Below are positions 1-12,300 of a stretch of DNA of 64,000 bases, piece after piece. Location of the stretch: positions 960,001 through 1,024,000 of the forward strand of contig CBDHDF010000010.1 in NCBI GenBank assembly GCA_965261545.1, in the 5' to 3' direction. Positions within the stretch are counted from its first letter, which is position 1, and each line of letters begins with the position of its first letter. Origin of the DNA: Bdellovibrionales bacterium (GTDB lineage: Bacteria > Bdellovibrionota > Bdellovibrionia > Bdellovibrionales > UBA1609). Position numbers and translations under genes: made by a program. The notes beneath the pieces were generated by a model. It did no database searches and had not been told where the DNA came from. It was given only the letters and a program-made list of their open reading frames with translations.

Positions 1-1235
1 CGATATAAACTCAATATATCTGTTTTCTTTAAATCATGACTATTTGTAATTAATATCATAATACCCAGCGTAGAAGATTCTTCATTAATATTTTCTTCAT
101 TTAAAGAAATCTTAAATGGAGTGCAATCAGAGATATTGAGAAACCTTTTTTTATTTCCTAAAGTTTCTTTCATATAGGAACTAGCTTGTTCTTCTGATTT
201 CAAATCTTTCTCAAGAAAGAGTTTCATAAAATCAAGCAACTCTTTCATTAACACAGATTCCTCATAAACCCTTCTTTCTTTGTCTAAGAAAATATGAGCC
301 GTACAATCAAATCCTCCGATTTTTATTGATTCTTTGCAATGCGAATAAATTTCCTCATTAAAAGTAAAAGAGCATGATGGAGATTTTATTTTCTCATTTA
401 AAGCCACAGCAAGCTCTCTTGAGAGTTTTGTTCTAAAACTCATGGGTATCAAATACTTCAATTCCTTACGATGCAGTCCCTTAATATTTTCTACACTAGA
501 AAAACCCTTATCCATAACTAAACAATCTAAATCTAATTTATAACTTGTTATGATCTCAATAATATTCGATAAAGTTTTGACATCCGGTATACTTCCAGGA
601 TAGATTCTGTACGCTATAGGCGTATGAGTTTTATTGTCTTCAGATTTCCTACTTATCAGACCTAAGTTTATCTGTTCGAGATTCTCTCCATCTCTGTTGT
701 AACCTTTCTCTAAAAATTCATTATTCATAGAGTAGGAAGAAAAGGATGTGATGTCAAACATTACCGTACCAGAACCCTTCACTTGACTTATCCATTCGCT
801 AAAGAAAGATTCTATCTTTTTTTGATCTCTCCCAAGATCACATAAGAGATTGCTTATTTTTTGTGACGACATAAAATTTTTCTTTGAAACATAAGCTTCT
901 TGACACCACATATCGTAAAGATAAAAGGGCTCTCTTTTGATTATTTTAAAAAAAGCTAAATGCAAATAATGTTCGTAATTATCTGGATAAATTTTAGACA
1001 ATGTTTTTAGAAGATTTAGTTGTTCGCATATTTTCTCTAAGAAAAATAAGGCTCCCACATTATAGGAGCCTATGGGAATCTTTTTTCTTTTGGTCTTAAT
1101 TTGACCTGTAAACTCATCCTTTCTTCCAAGGTAGATGCGTTTTTGCCTGGCCTGCTTTTTTTCCTTGTCCCAAAAGCTTTCAACTTTATAGACATAGGTT
1201 TTTCCCTTATTTTTTTGCTCAAAAGTGTATGACAT
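1..1235 (-). CDS. IS1634-family transposase A (runs off left edge of window)
   Basis: Manual translation from ATG at 1235: MSYTFEQKNKGKTYVYKVESFWDKEKKQARQKRIYLG...VMFDITSFSSYS...KGYNRDGENLEQINLGL...YPGSIPDVKTL...VMDKGF, a typical IS1634 DDE pattern. Probable left end CCCGACTGCAAG at about 3707. Confidence 0.85.
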   Translation of the reverse strand, partial: MSYTFEQKNKGKTYVYKVESFWDKEKKQARQKRIYLGRKDEFTGQIKTKRKKIPIGSYNVGALFFLEKICEQLNLLKTLSKIYPDNYEHYLHLAFFKIIKREPFYLYDMWCQEAYVSKKNFMSSQKISNLLCDLGRDQKKIESFFSEWISQVKGSGTVMFDITSFSSYSMNNEFLEKGYNRDGENLEQINLGLISRKSEDNKTHTPIAYRIYPGSIPDVKTLSNIIEIITSYKLDLDCLVMDKGFSSVENIKGLHRKELKYLIPMSFRTKLSRELAVALNEKIKSPSCSFTFNEEIYSHCKESIKIGGFDCTAHIFLDKERRVYEESVLMKELLDFMKLFLEKDLKSEEQASSYMKETLGNKKRFLNISDCTPFKISLNEENINEESSTLGIMILITNSHDLKKTDILSLY

Positions 1236-1363
1236 CGTTAATATTGTAACTATGCTTTTGAAGAGATGACAATCTCTTAATCAAAGTGAAGGCCTTCTCA
1301 GACAATAATCAGGACTTAAGCCCTACACCTAGTTACAACTTTTAGGGATTTCAGGTAGTTGGT
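955..1363. repeat. 409-bp direct repeat, copy 1 (target duplication of IS1634-B)
   Basis: Matches 3277-3685 (offset 2322); both copies abut the IS1634-B inverted repeats. Confidence 0.9.
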
Positions 1364-3276
1364 CCCGAGTTTGACAGCAGCATCTGCGTCAAACGAATGA
1401 TATTAAAGGATTAACGCATATAGTTGTATTTTGTTTATCCACACTTGTGGGCATTAAGGATTCTGGGAGGGATGGGGACGCCTGCGGCTTTAAATAAGGA
1501 GTTGGCATTGCCAGTGATATCTGTGCGGGTCCAAATGACTTGATCACGAATTTTAACAGGGATAGCCCTAACTTCCTTGAGTTCCCTCATGGCCTCTACA
1601 ACAGTTAAAGGTCGCTCTTTAACATGACCAATGCCTATGGCTGGGCTTTTTAGGTTCATCTTCTTATCTCTTAAACATTTTGTAAGGTGGGCCTCACAAA
1701 GATAAGTTAAAAAGCATAGAGTTAAATGTCCAATAATCCTCTGGTCTGTCCAATGGAAAACAGGACGTGTTTTCAAAGTCCCTTTTAACTCACCAAAAGC
1801 ATCTTCAATTTTCCACAATTCTTTGTAGTTGATAATAATCTCATCTGCCGTCAAGTCTTTGACATTTGTAAGGACGGCAAAAAAACCATCAATTTTTTCA
1901 TCTAATTCTATTTGTTCTGCATTTAATTCAGGTTTTTTATTTTTGTCGTCAGCCATCTTTACATATTTCTTATAACCTTTATTGGAAACAAAAGTACTAG
2001 ACTGAACACCTTTAGAAGATAGTTTTCCTTCGATCTTTTCAAGAAGGGATTCTCTAGATTTTTTATCCCTCTCTGCTCTTTTCCTAGACCAAGTCACAAT
2101 ACATCTATGCCCCCCATGGTCTGTTTCGTAAACAGCAAGCTCATTCTCATATACCCAGCTAAAACGATTTAAATCATAGACCTCTTGTTTCTTTTCTTTT
2201 TTTAAAGATCCAAGCTTCATACCAACAATAAACTCGCTTTGATCCTCACTGAGTTTGTCAGTATTAGCCTTTGATAAAAGCCCCCTATCAGCCACAAAAA
2301 TGAAACGGCGTACATTAAACTTTTTTCTCATTTTATCAACAATATCTGAAAGCGTCTTGCCTTCAAAAGTATTACCAGGGAAAACCTCAAAACCTAAAGG
2401 GATGCCATCCCGATTCACCAACAAACCAAAGACAACTTGGGTGCAGTCTGATCGTCTCTCTTTACTATAGCCAAATTGACGAAGTTTCCCTAAGTCTGTT
2501 CTTGTACTCTCGAAGCGTAAGGTTGTTAAATCATACAACACAATGTCTACTTGGAAATTAAATAAATCTCGCCCCACCCAATAAAGCGAGTTCTCTATTT
2601 CATCCTTATGGGAGGCAAGTAAGTCCATAGACCGATAAATATGCTGGAGACTCAAATCACCCTTAATCATGTCTGGGTAAAAAGATTTTTGCCAATACTC
2701 AAAAACCTTTAACTTGGAACTAGGAGCAATAAATCGGATGGCAACTAAGGTAAAAATCACCTTACATAAATCAAATTGAACTTTCTCATGAGAATCTTTT
2801 ATGTCTTTGAGGGTCTTATTGATACCCAGTTGATCAAACAACTTTTGTAAAATCAGCAAGGGACCCAAAATGAAAGTCTCTTCGATGTAAAGCTCCTTAG
2901 CCAATTGACTCACAGTGAGAAGCTCTCGGTGGCGGGATACGGCCTGCGCCAAACTATTAATCTTATCCTCTCCTCCTTCTCCAGCCTTACCTAAGGACAT
3001 GAGCATGCGTTTTTTGGATTTGCCTTTTTCTCTGTAGGACTCCACAAGGTGGTAGTAGCACTGACCTTTTGAGTTTTTAGTCGTTTGGATGTACATGAGG
3101 ATATTTTCTACATATTTCTATGATATATCAATATTTAAAACGATAAAATCCTATTTTGTTTTCTACACTTTTTTTACGTCAATTTTAATTTTTCCAGCAG
3201 CTACCATTATATTTCAGTACAACCCCAATTTCTGGAAATTTCGCATTTTAACGCAGATGCTGCTGTCAAACTCGGG
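1364..3276 (-). mobile_element. IS1634-family element B, complete
   Basis: 26-bp perfect terminal IRs CCCGAGTTTGACAGCAGCATCTGCGT (1364-1389) and its reverse complement (3251-3276). Confidence 0.92.
1435..3096 (-). CDS. IS1634-family transposase B (553 aa)
   Basis: LYDLTT, FGYSKERRSD, FPGN, VADRG, YKELWKIEDAF, RPVFHWT..RI.GH motifs. Confidence 0.93.
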   Translation of the reverse strand: MYIQTTKNSKGQCYYHLVESYREKGKSKKRMLMSLGKAGEGGEDKINSLAQAVSRHRELLTVSQLAKELYIEETFILGPLLILQKLFDQLGINKTLKDIKDSHEKVQFDLCKVIFTLVAIRFIAPSSKLKVFEYWQKSFYPDMIKGDLSLQHIYRSMDLLASHKDEIENSLYWVGRDLFNFQVDIVLYDLTTLRFESTRTDLGKLRQFGYSKERRSDCTQVVFGLLVNRDGIPLGFEVFPGNTFEGKTLSDIVDKMRKKFNVRRFIFVADRGLLSKANTDKLSEDQSEFIVGMKLGSLKKEKKQEVYDLNRFSWVYENELAVYETDHGGHRCIVTWSRKRAERDKKSRESLLEKIEGKLSSKGVQSSTFVSNKGYKKYVKMADDKNKKPELNAEQIELDEKIDGFFAVLTNVKDLTADEIIINYKELWKIEDAFGELKGTLKTRPVFHWTDQRIIGHLTLCFLTYLCEAHLTKCLRDKKMNLKSPAIGIGHVKERPLTVVEAMRELKEVRAIPVKIRDQVIWTRTDITGNANSLFKAAGVPIPPRILNAHKCG

Positions 3277-3685
3277 GCTAAATGCAAATAATGTTCGTAA
3301 TTATCTGGATAAATTTTAGACAATGTTTTTAGAAGATTTAGTTGTTCGCATATTTTCTCTAAGAAAAATAAGGCTCCCACATTATAGGAGCCTATGGGAA
3401 TCTTTTTTCTTTTGGTCTTAATTTGACCTGTAAACTCATCCTTTCTTCCAAGGTAGATGCGTTTTTGCCTGGCCTGCTTTTTTTCCTTGTCCCAAAAGCT
3501 TTCAACTTTATAGACATAGGTTTTTCCCTTATTTTTTTGCTCAAAAGTGTATGACATCGTTAATATTGTAACTATGCTTTTGAAGAGATGACAATCTCTT
3601 AATCAAAGTGAAGGCCTTCTCAGACAATAATCAGGACTTAAGCCCTACACCTAGTTACAACTTTTAGGGATTTCAGGTAGTTGGT
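3277..3685. repeat. 409-bp direct repeat, copy 2 (duplicated 5' part of transposase A)
   Basis: Matches 955-1363; produces the chimeric ORF 3207-3557. Confidence 0.9.
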
Positions 3686-3707
3686 ACAACCCGTTCTTGC
3701 AGTCGGG

Positions 3708-4008
3708 ATACTCCGCGTGGTGTACGTGTCGGTTATGTATATGGAGTTCTACCGGGGTTGCGATTAGAATGTGGCAGCCGTGATTCAAAATAGGCTGCAC
3801 GTGAAGGTTTGGCCGACCAACTTGTCCTGGGGCGTCATCAAAGGCTATGCAGGCGCGGCCGACATTAAAGGGCGGACATATGCTGTTCGAGAACTATACC
3901 AGCAAAGGCGCAATCACTCCTTCGAGTTGATTGGTGCTTCGTGCAAAGTGGGGGGCTAGATAAGATTCATGGGCGTGGGTGGGGAAGCAAGGCGCCCCCA
4001 TGAGTTAC
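3708..4008 (-). mobile_element. Orphan IS110-like non-coding left end, inserted just after the rpsG stop
   Basis: About 3936-4008 nearly identical to the IS110 terminus at about 60917-60994 (GCTTCGTGCAAAG...TTCATGGGCGTGGGTGGGGAAGCAAGGCGCCCCCATGA..GTTAC); the rest diverges. Confidence 0.6.
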
Positions 4009-4010
4009 TA

Positions 4011-4484
4011 TTACCAATTATAATGGGCAAAAGCCTTATTGGCATCCGCCATACGATGAACATCGTCTTTTTTCTTAATGGAATTTCCTCGGTTATTGTA
4101 AGCATCCGCCAACTCATGGGCTAAGCGAGTTGACATGGATTTTTCTCCCCGCTCGCGAGCATAGGAAATAATCCACCTCATGGCCAAGGTTAAGCGACGA
4201 GCAGGCCGCACATCCACAGGAACTTGATAAGTCGCTCCACCCACACGACGTGAGCGCACCTCCAGAGAAGGCTTGCAGTTCTCAACAGCCTTCTTAAAAA
4301 CAGCCAATGGCTCTTCTACAGAAACCTTGCCTTTAAGCTCATCAAAAGCCGCATACAACAGCTTCTCAGCGGTGTTCTTTTTGCCACCGATCATAAGCTT
4401 GCGAATAAACCGAGCTACAGTCACATCGTTGTGAATGGGATCGGGATCCACTTCTCTTTTATAATTACCCTTACGCCTAGACAT
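4011..4484 (-). CDS. rpsG: 30S ribosomal protein S7
   Basis: [25 protein letters not shown]. Confidence 0.99.
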   Translation of the reverse strand: MSRRKGNYKREVDPDPIHNDVTVARFIRKLMIGGKKNTAEKLLYAAFDELKGKVSVEEPLAVFKKAVENCKPSLEVRSRRVGGATYQVPVDVRPARRLTLAMRWIISYARERGEKSMSTRLAHELADAYNNRGNSIKKKDDVHRMADANKAFAHYNW

Positions 4485-4528
4485 GAAACACTTATCCTTT
4501 TAAGAACCTTTTAAAAATTTTTTAAAAA

Positions 4529-4903
4529 CTATTCCTTGGGCCTTTTTGTACCATACTTTGAGCGGCTACGCTTACGATCATTCACCCCTTGGGTATCGAG
4601 AACTCCTCTCACGGTATGATAGCGCACACCAGGCAAGTCCTTCACTCGCCCCCCACGAATGAGAACCACACTATGCTCCTGAAGATTATGGCCAATGCCC
4701 GGTATATAGGAGTTGACCTCAAAATTATTGGACAGGCGCACACGAGCCACTTTTCTCAAAGCTGAATTCGGCTTCTTGGGCGTTGTGGTAAAAACGCGCG
4801 TGCAAACCCCTCGACGCTGAGGACATGCAGACAGTGCTGGAGACTTCGACTTTCCCTTCTGCAAAACCCGCTGTTTGCGAATCAACTGATTAATTGTTGG
4901 CAT
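4529..4903 (-). CDS. rpsL: 30S ribosomal protein S12
   Basis: [29 protein letters not shown]. Confidence 0.99.
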   Translation of the reverse strand: MPTINQLIRKQRVLQKGKSKSPALSACPQRRGVCTRVFTTTPKKPNSALRKVARVRLSNNFEVNSYIPGIGHNLQEHSVVLIRGGRVKDLPGVRYHTVRGVLDTQGVNDRKRSRSKYGTKRPKE

Positions 4904-5090
4904 TCCAACACCTCACTCTATTTCTTGCGACCCAATTCATTTGCACTCCTCACTCATTGCAACTCTCAATTCTAAACGGCTTGCACTCCTCACTTCTGAT
5001 TCTTAATTTTTAATATTCTCAGCGCAAAGAAACTTCTCATCGCACTGAATTCTTATACCCTACCAAAGGCATTCGTCAACTCCTTCTTTA

Positions 5091-8000
5091 TCAACCCGGA
5101 GGAGAAGGGCTATGATCCGTCACAATTCCTGCCATACCCATGCCAGGCAGACCCACAATCGTCTCAGGCTCATCCTTTTCAACCACAACTTTCCAACGCT
5201 TGTAAACTGGGACCCCTGTTCCCGCAGGAATGAGGCGTCCCATAATAATATTCTCTTTAAGCCCCTTCAAATCATCAGACTTTGAATTAATAGCTGCTTC
5301 GGTAAGCACCTTGGTTGTCTCCTGAAAAGAAGCCGCTGAAATCCAACTATCTGTACTGAGAGCCACTTTCGTGATACCCAGCAAGAGAGGCTCTGAAGCC
5401 GCCAGTTGACCTCCCTCTCGAAGAACTCTTTCATTTTCTTCCTCAAAAACAAACCTCTCTACCTGCTCTCCTGCAATAAACTTGGTATCGCCAGCATCCG
5501 TCACAGTGATCTTTCGGAGCATCTGTCGAGCAATGACCTCAATATGCTTGTCGTTGATAGTCACACCCTGGAGACGATAGACCTCTTGAATCTCATTGAC
5601 CAAGTAGGAAGAAAGGGCCTCGTCCCCCAGTACCTTTAAAATATCATGGGGATTTGTCGATCCATCCATCAAAGCTTCACCAGGCTTAATAAATTCGCCT
5701 TCACGAACAGCAACCTGCTTGCCCTTGGGGATAAGATACTCCCGTTGCTCACCCATTTCAGGGGTGATAATCACCCTTTGCTTGCCCTTAACGTCTTGCC
5801 CAAAAGTCACATAGCCTTCAATTTCAGAGATAATGGCAGCTTCCTTGGGCTTTCTTGCCTCAAAAAGCTCAGCCACACGAGGGAGACCCCCTGTAATATC
5901 TTTAGTTTTTGAAGTTTCTCTGTAAATCTTAGCAATAACATCTCCAGCATGAACCTCAGCACCATGATCCACGAGAAGTTGGGCCCCCCAAGGAATGACA
6001 TAGCGAGCGGGAATGTCTCGCCCCGGTAAATTAAGAGGCTCGCCATTCTCATTATTGAGTATAACTGTGGGCTTCACATCAATCCCTTTATTTTCGGTAA
6101 TCACTCGCGTGGAAAAACCTGTCACCACATCCACCTGATGACTCAAGGTCATCCCTTCTTCAATGTCCTGGTACTCCACCGTGCCAGAAATATCTGCCAA
6201 AATCGGATTAGAGTAGGAGTCCCACTCAGCAATCTTGTCACCTTTTTTCACCGCATCACCATCTCTTACATTGAGAACAGCTCCGTAAATAATTTTATAG
6301 CGCTCTCTTTCTCTCTGGTGAATATCGTAAAGAACCATCTCTCCATTACGAGCCATGGCCGTAAGTTTTCCATGACGATTTTCTACAGTATGGACCCCCT
6401 CAAACTTAATCACCCCATCGGTACGCGCCGTATGCCCAGACTGCTCCACAGCCCTGGAAGCTGTTCCACCCAAGTGGAAGGTCCGCATCGTAAGCTGTGT
6501 CCCTGGCTCTCCAATAGACTGGGCTGCAATAATCCCCACAGCTTCTCCCAGGTTCACCATGTTTCCACGGGCCAAGTCTCTTCCATAACACTTTACACAA
6601 ACACCACGGCGAGTCTTGCAAGTCAGGGCTGAACGAATTTTGACTCGCTCAATTCCTAAACTATCAAATTTCTTACAAATTTTCTCATCAATTTCTTGGC
6701 CTGCTCCAAGAATCAACTCACCTGTGGAGGGGTCAGTAATATCCTCTAAAGCCGTCCGACCTAACACCCGATCCACAAGAGGTTGAATAATCTCTCCACC
6801 TTCCATAAGTGGCATCACCTCCATGCCTACTTCCGTGCCACAATTCACTTCATTGACGATAACATCTTGGGCAACATCCACAAGGCGACGAGTGAGATAA
6901 CCTGAGTTCGCTGTTTTAAGGGCTGTGTCCGCCAAACCCTTACGAGCTCCATGGGTAGAAATAAAATACTGAAGAACAGAAAGACCCTCACGAAAGTTCG
7001 CCGTAATGGGCGTCTCAATGATCTCTCCCGAAGGCTTCGCCATAAGGCCACGCATTCCCGCCAACTGACGAATCTGTGCGGCTGATCCACGCGCCCCCGA
7101 GTCAGCCATGACAAAAATAGGGTTAAAAGAATCTCTCTGCAATTCTTTGCCGCCTACCACGACCTTTTCGTACTCAATTTGGTTCATCATTTCTCTGGCC
7201 ACCTTATCTGCCGCCTGAGCCCAAATATCAACAACCCTGTTGTAGCGCTCCCCATCGGTGATAAACCCCTCATCGTACTGTTGCTGGATCTCGTAAACCT
7301 GGGACTCAGCACTATCGAGAAGAGCTTTCTTTTGGGAGGGAATAATCAAGTCGTCCACACAAATTGAGATTCCAGCCTGGGTGGAGTACTTAAAACCAAG
7401 CTGCATGAGCCTATCTGCAAGAATCACTGTCGCCTTAGCCCCTGCCAAGCGAAAAGATGTGTCAATAAAGTTGGCAAGAGCCTTTTTGTCCATCACTCTA
7501 TTCACAACCCCAAAGGGGACTCCATCAGGAACAATATCTCCTAAAATAGCCCTCCCTACAGAAGTGTCCTCCAAGTGCCCCTTCATTCTCACCTTAATGG
7601 CAGCCTGAAGATCCACTCGCCCCATATCATAGGTATAAAGCACCTCTTGAATATTGGAGAAAATACTCCCCGCCCCCTTAGCCCCTGGACGAATACGAGT
7701 CATCCAATAGGCACCTAACACAATATCCTGAGTGGGGTTAATCACAGGACGCCCATTGGCAGGACTCAAAACATTATTGGTAGACATCATTAAAACACGA
7801 GCCTCCACCTGAGCCTCCACAGACAATGGAACATGAACAGCCATTTGGTCACCGTCAAAGTCCGCATTAAAAGCTGTGCACACAAGCGGATGAAGCTGAA
7901 TGGCCTTGCCCTCGTGAAGCACAGGCTCAAATGCCTGAATTCCTAGTCTGTGAAGAGTGGGGGCGCGGTTGAGAAGAACGGGATGCTCTTTAACACACTC

Positions 8001-9239
8001 TGATAAAATATCCCAAACTTCCACTCCCTCCTTTTCCACAAGCCTTCTCGCTTGCTTAATTGTCGTTGCAAAGCCTCTTTCCTCAAGCTTATTGTAAATA
8101 AAAGGCTTAAAAAGTTCCAAAGCCATTTTCTTTGGAAGGCCACACTGGTGCAATCTTAAATAAGGCCCCACAACAATCACTGAGCGCCCGGAGTAGTCCA
8201 CACGCTTACCGAGAAGATTTTGACGAAACCGCCCCTGTTTCCCCTTAAGCATATCGCTCAAAGAGCGCAGAGGTCGCTTTGTTGGCCCTGTAAAAGTCTT
8301 GCCACGACGTCCATTATCAAGAAGTGCATCCACCGCTTCTTGAAGCATTCGCTTTTCGTTGCGAATAATAATATCTGGAGCATTGAGTTCACCTAAGCGC
8401 TTAAGGCGGTTATTCCTGTTAATCACACGACGATAGAGATCATTTAAATCCGAAGTGGCAAATCGCCCTCCATCCAAGGGAACAAGAGGCCTCAAATCAG
8501 GTGGAATCACAGGAACCACGTTAAGCATCATCCACTCAGGTTTATTGATAGAGCCTTTAAAAGCCTCAGCCACCTTCAACCTTTTGGAAAGCTTTTTAAC
8601 CTGGGCCTCCGACTTTGTTTCTTTGAGGTCCATACGAATACGACGAGATAAATATTCGATATCAACTTTTCTTAAAAGGCCAAGAATGGCCTCACCACCC
8701 ATAGCCGCCTTAAAGTTGGGACCAAATTCATTCAGAGCCTCCTGATAAGCACCCTCATCGAGAATCTGCCCCTCTTTTAAAGTTGTCTCCATGGGGTCAA
8801 TCACAGCATAGGACTCACAGTAGAGAACCTTTTCCACATCTTTGAGAGTCATATCTAAGAGGTTACCAATACGGCTTGGGAGAGAACGCAAAAACCAAAT
8901 ATGAGCAACAGGGCTGGCCAACTCAATATGCCCCATGCGACTTCTGCGAACCTTAGACTGGGTCACCTCAACACCACATTTTTCACAAATGACCCCACGA
9001 TACTTCATACGCTTGTACTTACCACACAAGCACTCATAATCTTTCACAGGGCCAAAGATTTTAGCACAAAAAAGTCCATCACGCTCAGGTTTAAAAGTTC
9101 TATAGTTAATGGTCTCTGGCTTTTTCACTTCTCCATGGGACCAGCTACGAATCAACTCTGGTGAAGCAAGTGATATACGAACCCCATTGAAAGAAAGAGG
9201 GTCTTTGGGCTTATCAAAAAAATTGAGTAAGTCTTTCAA
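5091..9239 (-). CDS. rpoC: RNA polymerase beta' subunit
   Basis: [10 protein letters not shown] catalytic motif and N-terminal Zn finger; TTG start. Confidence 0.99.
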   Translation of the reverse strand: MKDLLNFFDKPKDPLSFNGVRISLASPELIRSWSHGEVKKPETINYRTFKPERDGLFCAKIFGPVKDYECLCGKYKRMKYRGVICEKCGVEVTQSKVRRSRMGHIELASPVAHIWFLRSLPSRIGNLLDMTLKDVEKVLYCESYAVIDPMETTLKEGQILDEGAYQEALNEFGPNFKAAMGGEAILGLLRKVDIEYLSRRIRMDLKETKSEAQVKKLSKRLKVAEAFKGSINKPEWMMLNVVPVIPPDLRPLVPLDGGRFATSDLNDLYRRVINRNNRLKRLGELNAPDIIIRNEKRMLQEAVDALLDNGRRGKTFTGPTKRPLRSLSDMLKGKQGRFRQNLLGKRVDYSGRSVIVVGPYLRLHQCGLPKKMALELFKPFIYNKLEERGFATTIKQARRLVEKEGVEVWDILSECVKEHPVLLNRAPTLHRLGIQAFEPVLHEGKAIQLHPLVCTAFNADFDGDQMAVHVPLSVEAQVEARVLMMSTNNVLSPANGRPVINPTQDIVLGAYWMTRIRPGAKGAGSIFSNIQEVLYTYDMGRVDLQAAIKVRMKGHLEDTSVGRAILGDIVPDGVPFGVVNRVMDKKALANFIDTSFRLAGAKATVILADRLMQLGFKYSTQAGISICVDDLIIPSQKKALLDSAESQVYEIQQQYDEGFITDGERYNRVVDIWAQAADKVAREMMNQIEYEKVVVGGKELQRDSFNPIFVMADSGARGSAAQIRQLAGMRGLMAKPSGEIIETPITANFREGLSVLQYFISTHGARKGLADTALKTANSGYLTRRLVDVAQDVIVNEVNCGTEVGMEVMPLMEGGEIIQPLVDRVLGRTALEDITDPSTGELILGAGQEIDEKICKKFDSLGIERVKIRSALTCKTRRGVCVKCYGRDLARGNMVNLGEAVGIIAAQSIGEPGTQLTMRTFHLGGTASRAVEQSGHTARTDGVIKFEGVHTVENRHGKLTAMARNGEMVLYDIHQRERERYKIIYGAVLNVRDGDAVKKGDKIAEWDSYSNPILADISGTVEYQDIEEGMTLSHQVDVVTGFSTRVITENKGIDVKPTVILNNENGEPLNLPGRDIPARYVIPWGAQLLVDHGAEVHAGDVIAKIYRETSKTKDITGGLPRVAELFEARKPKEAAIISEIEGYVTFGQDVKGKQRVIITPEMGEQREYLIPKGKQVAVREGEFIKPGEALMDGSTNPHDILKVLGDEALSSYLVNEIQEVYRLQGVTINDKHIEVIARQMLRKITVTDAGDTKFIAGEQVERFVFEEENERVLREGGQLAASEPLLLGITKVALSTDSWISAASFQETTKVLTEAAINSKSDDLKGLKENIIMGRLIPAGTGVPVYKRWKVVVEKDEPETIVGLPGMGMAGIVTDHSPSPPG

Positions 9240-9357
9240 AATTAGGCTCCCTTTATATTTTATGATGATATATTCATTACATCATACATCCTATTTTTAG
9301 GCTTTATTTTTTTAGGCTTTATTTCTATTTCATATTCATTTCTAATAGAGGATTTAC

Positions 9358-12300
9358 TCACATCTCCACACCTGAATCCGAAGTCAACTCCCTCGGAGCT
9401 TCTGTAAGTACATCTGACTCAATGAGATCGACATTCAAAGCAAGACTTTGAAGTTCTTTGATCAAAACATTAAAAGATTCTGGTAACCCAGGTTCAAGGA
9501 TATTCTCACCCTTAACAATGCTCTCATACATACGAGTTCTTCCAGCCACATCATCTGATTTCACTGTCAAAAATTCTTGCAAAGAGTAGGCCGCACCATA
9601 GGCTTCAATGGCCCAAACCTCCATTTCTCCAAGCCTTTGGCCACCAAATTGGGCCTTACCACCAAGAGGTTGTTGAGAGACCAAAGAATAAGGACCAATG
9701 GAGCGTGCATGAATCTTCTCCTCCACCAAGTGATGAAGTTTCAACATGTACATAATTCCCACGGTCACAGGATTTTGAAAAGGCTCCCCTGTGCGACCAT
9801 CAAAAAGAGTCATCTGACCTGTGGAAGGAAGATTGGCACGATCTAAAAGCTCCTTCACATCAGACTCCTTAGCTCCATCAAAAACGGGGGTTCCAATATG
9901 AATACCATCCACAACTTTTTCAGCTATCTTTTGAATGGAGGAGTCATTTGCTTGATCTAGTCTCGCCGATAATTCTTCATCCGAATAAGCGTGCTTTAAG
10001 GCCTCCCTCACCTCTGAAGATTTAAAGCTTTCAAGAGTCTCTTCAATTTGCTTACCTAAGTTGTAGGCAGCCCAGCCTAGGTGAACTTCGAGAACTTGGC
10101 CTATGTTCATACGAGATGGCACACCCAAGGAGTTGAGAACCATATCCACCGGCGTTCCATCGGCCATATAGGGCATATCCTCCACCGGCATTACGCAAGA
10201 AATCACACCCTTGTTTCCATGGCGGCCCGCAAACTTATCTCCCACTTGAAGTTTACGCTTAATGGCCACGTAAACTTTCACCATCTTAATAACCCCTGGC
10301 GGTAACTCATCGCCCTTACGGAGACGATTTACTTTTTCATTAAAAACCATCTTCACAACATCGAGTTGGTTTCTCGCCCCATCCATCACACGAGTGATTT
10401 GATACTCAAGTTCTTGACCCAAGGGAATATAGCTTAGTAGCTCAAAGGGAATGGACTCCAGATCAGCACCTGATATTTCCTGCCCCTTAGAGAGAAGCTT
10501 TACGGAGCCATCTTCACTGAGAAGAACACCTGTTGTCTTTTGGCTCACAATAAGTTCTTTCAGTTTGTCAAAAGCATTGTTTCTAATAATATTCTGCTCA
10601 ATCTCCATATCCTTTTGGATTTTTTGTTGCTTCTCATCAATGATCGATTGAAGACGCGAGTCTCTCTCCGCTCCCTCACGACTATACACTTGGGCATCAA
10701 TCACTGTGCCCGAAACCCCCGACGGAACACGAAGGGAAGTGTCCCTCACATCTCCAGCCTTTTCACCAAAAATAGCTCGCAGAAGTTTCTCCTCAGGGGA
10801 CAGCTGTGTTTCACCCTTGGGAGTCACCTTACCCACAAGGACATCTCCGGGATGAACCTCCGCACCAATACGAATAATACCTGTGGTATCTAAATCTTTA
10901 AGAGCTTCCTCCCCCACATTGGCAATATCACGAGTGATTTCTTCTTTGCCAAGTTTGGTATCACGAGCCACGCACTCAAATTCCTCAATGTGAATGGAAG
11001 TGTAAACATCATCTTTAATAAGACGCTCAGAAATAAGAATGGAATCCTCAAAGTTGTAACCCATCCAAGGAGTAAAGGCCACGAGAATATTTTGCCCCAA
11101 AGCTAACTCACCCAACTCTGTGGCCGGACCATCAGCAATCACATCCCCACGAGAAACTCGGTCTCCAACACGCACAATGGCCTTTTGATTAAAGCATGTG
11201 TTTTGATTGGTTCTCTGGTATTTAACAAGATTGTAAATATCAACATTGCCTCCAGGCTTTCCGTCCTTGGCAAAACGACGCACCACAACTCGCGAAGCAT
11301 CTACCTCCTCTACCTGCCCATGGTTGGTACAAACAACACTCGTCCCCGAATCTCTTGCTACAAGCTTCTCAACACCTGTCCCCACCAAAGGAGAACGAGA
11401 TTTTAATAGAGGCACAGCCTGACGCTGCATATTAGAGCCCATCAAAGCCCTATTGGCATCATCGTGTTCGAGAAAGGGGATAAGCGAGGCGGCAATAGAA
11501 ACAAGCTGACTCGGAGATACATCCATAAGGGAGACTTTTTCACTATCCACCATCTCATACTCACCATCACAGCGAACAGTAAGATTGTCTGTGGAAATTT
11601 TGCCTCCCTGCATATCGCGCCCCGCTTGGGCAATATAGTGGCCAGCCTCCTCCAGAGCCGACATATAACGAATGTCCTCTGTCACTTCAGCCGACTCTAC
11701 TTTACGATAGGGTGTTTCAATAAATCCATAGCCATTAATGCGAGCATAGGTGGCCAAAGATGCAATAAGACCAATATTGGGCCCCTCAGGAGTTTCAATG
11801 GGACAAATGCGACCATAGTGGGTCGGGTGAACATCGCGAACCTCGAACCCTGCGCGATCACGGGTCAATCCCCCTGGCCCAAGAGCCGAAAGACGTCTTT
11901 TATGGGTGATTTCAGAAAGAGGATTGGTTTGGTCCATAAACTGAGAGAGCTGAGAGGAGCCAAAAAATTCTTTCACCACAGCATTCACCGGTTTCGCATT
12001 GACAAGATCGTGGGGCATCATTGTCTCCACATCTTGAAGGCTCATTCTCTCACGAATGGCCCTCTCCATTCTCACCAAGCCAATGCGATACTGGTTCTCC
12101 AAAAGCTCACCCACAGAGCGAACCCGGCGATTGCCCAAGTGATCGATATCGTCCACCTCACCCTGACCATTTTTAAGCTCAATGATTGTTTTAGCCACAA
12201 AAAGAATATCTTCACTCCTCAAAGTACGAAGTTCCACCGGACACTCATCAAAATTAATACCAAATCGATGGTTGATTTTAAGGCGACCTACCTCACTCAA

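Noticed and set aside
3207..3557. 116-aa ORF
   Set aside because: Chimera of the duplicated transposase A start reading into the IS1634-B IR
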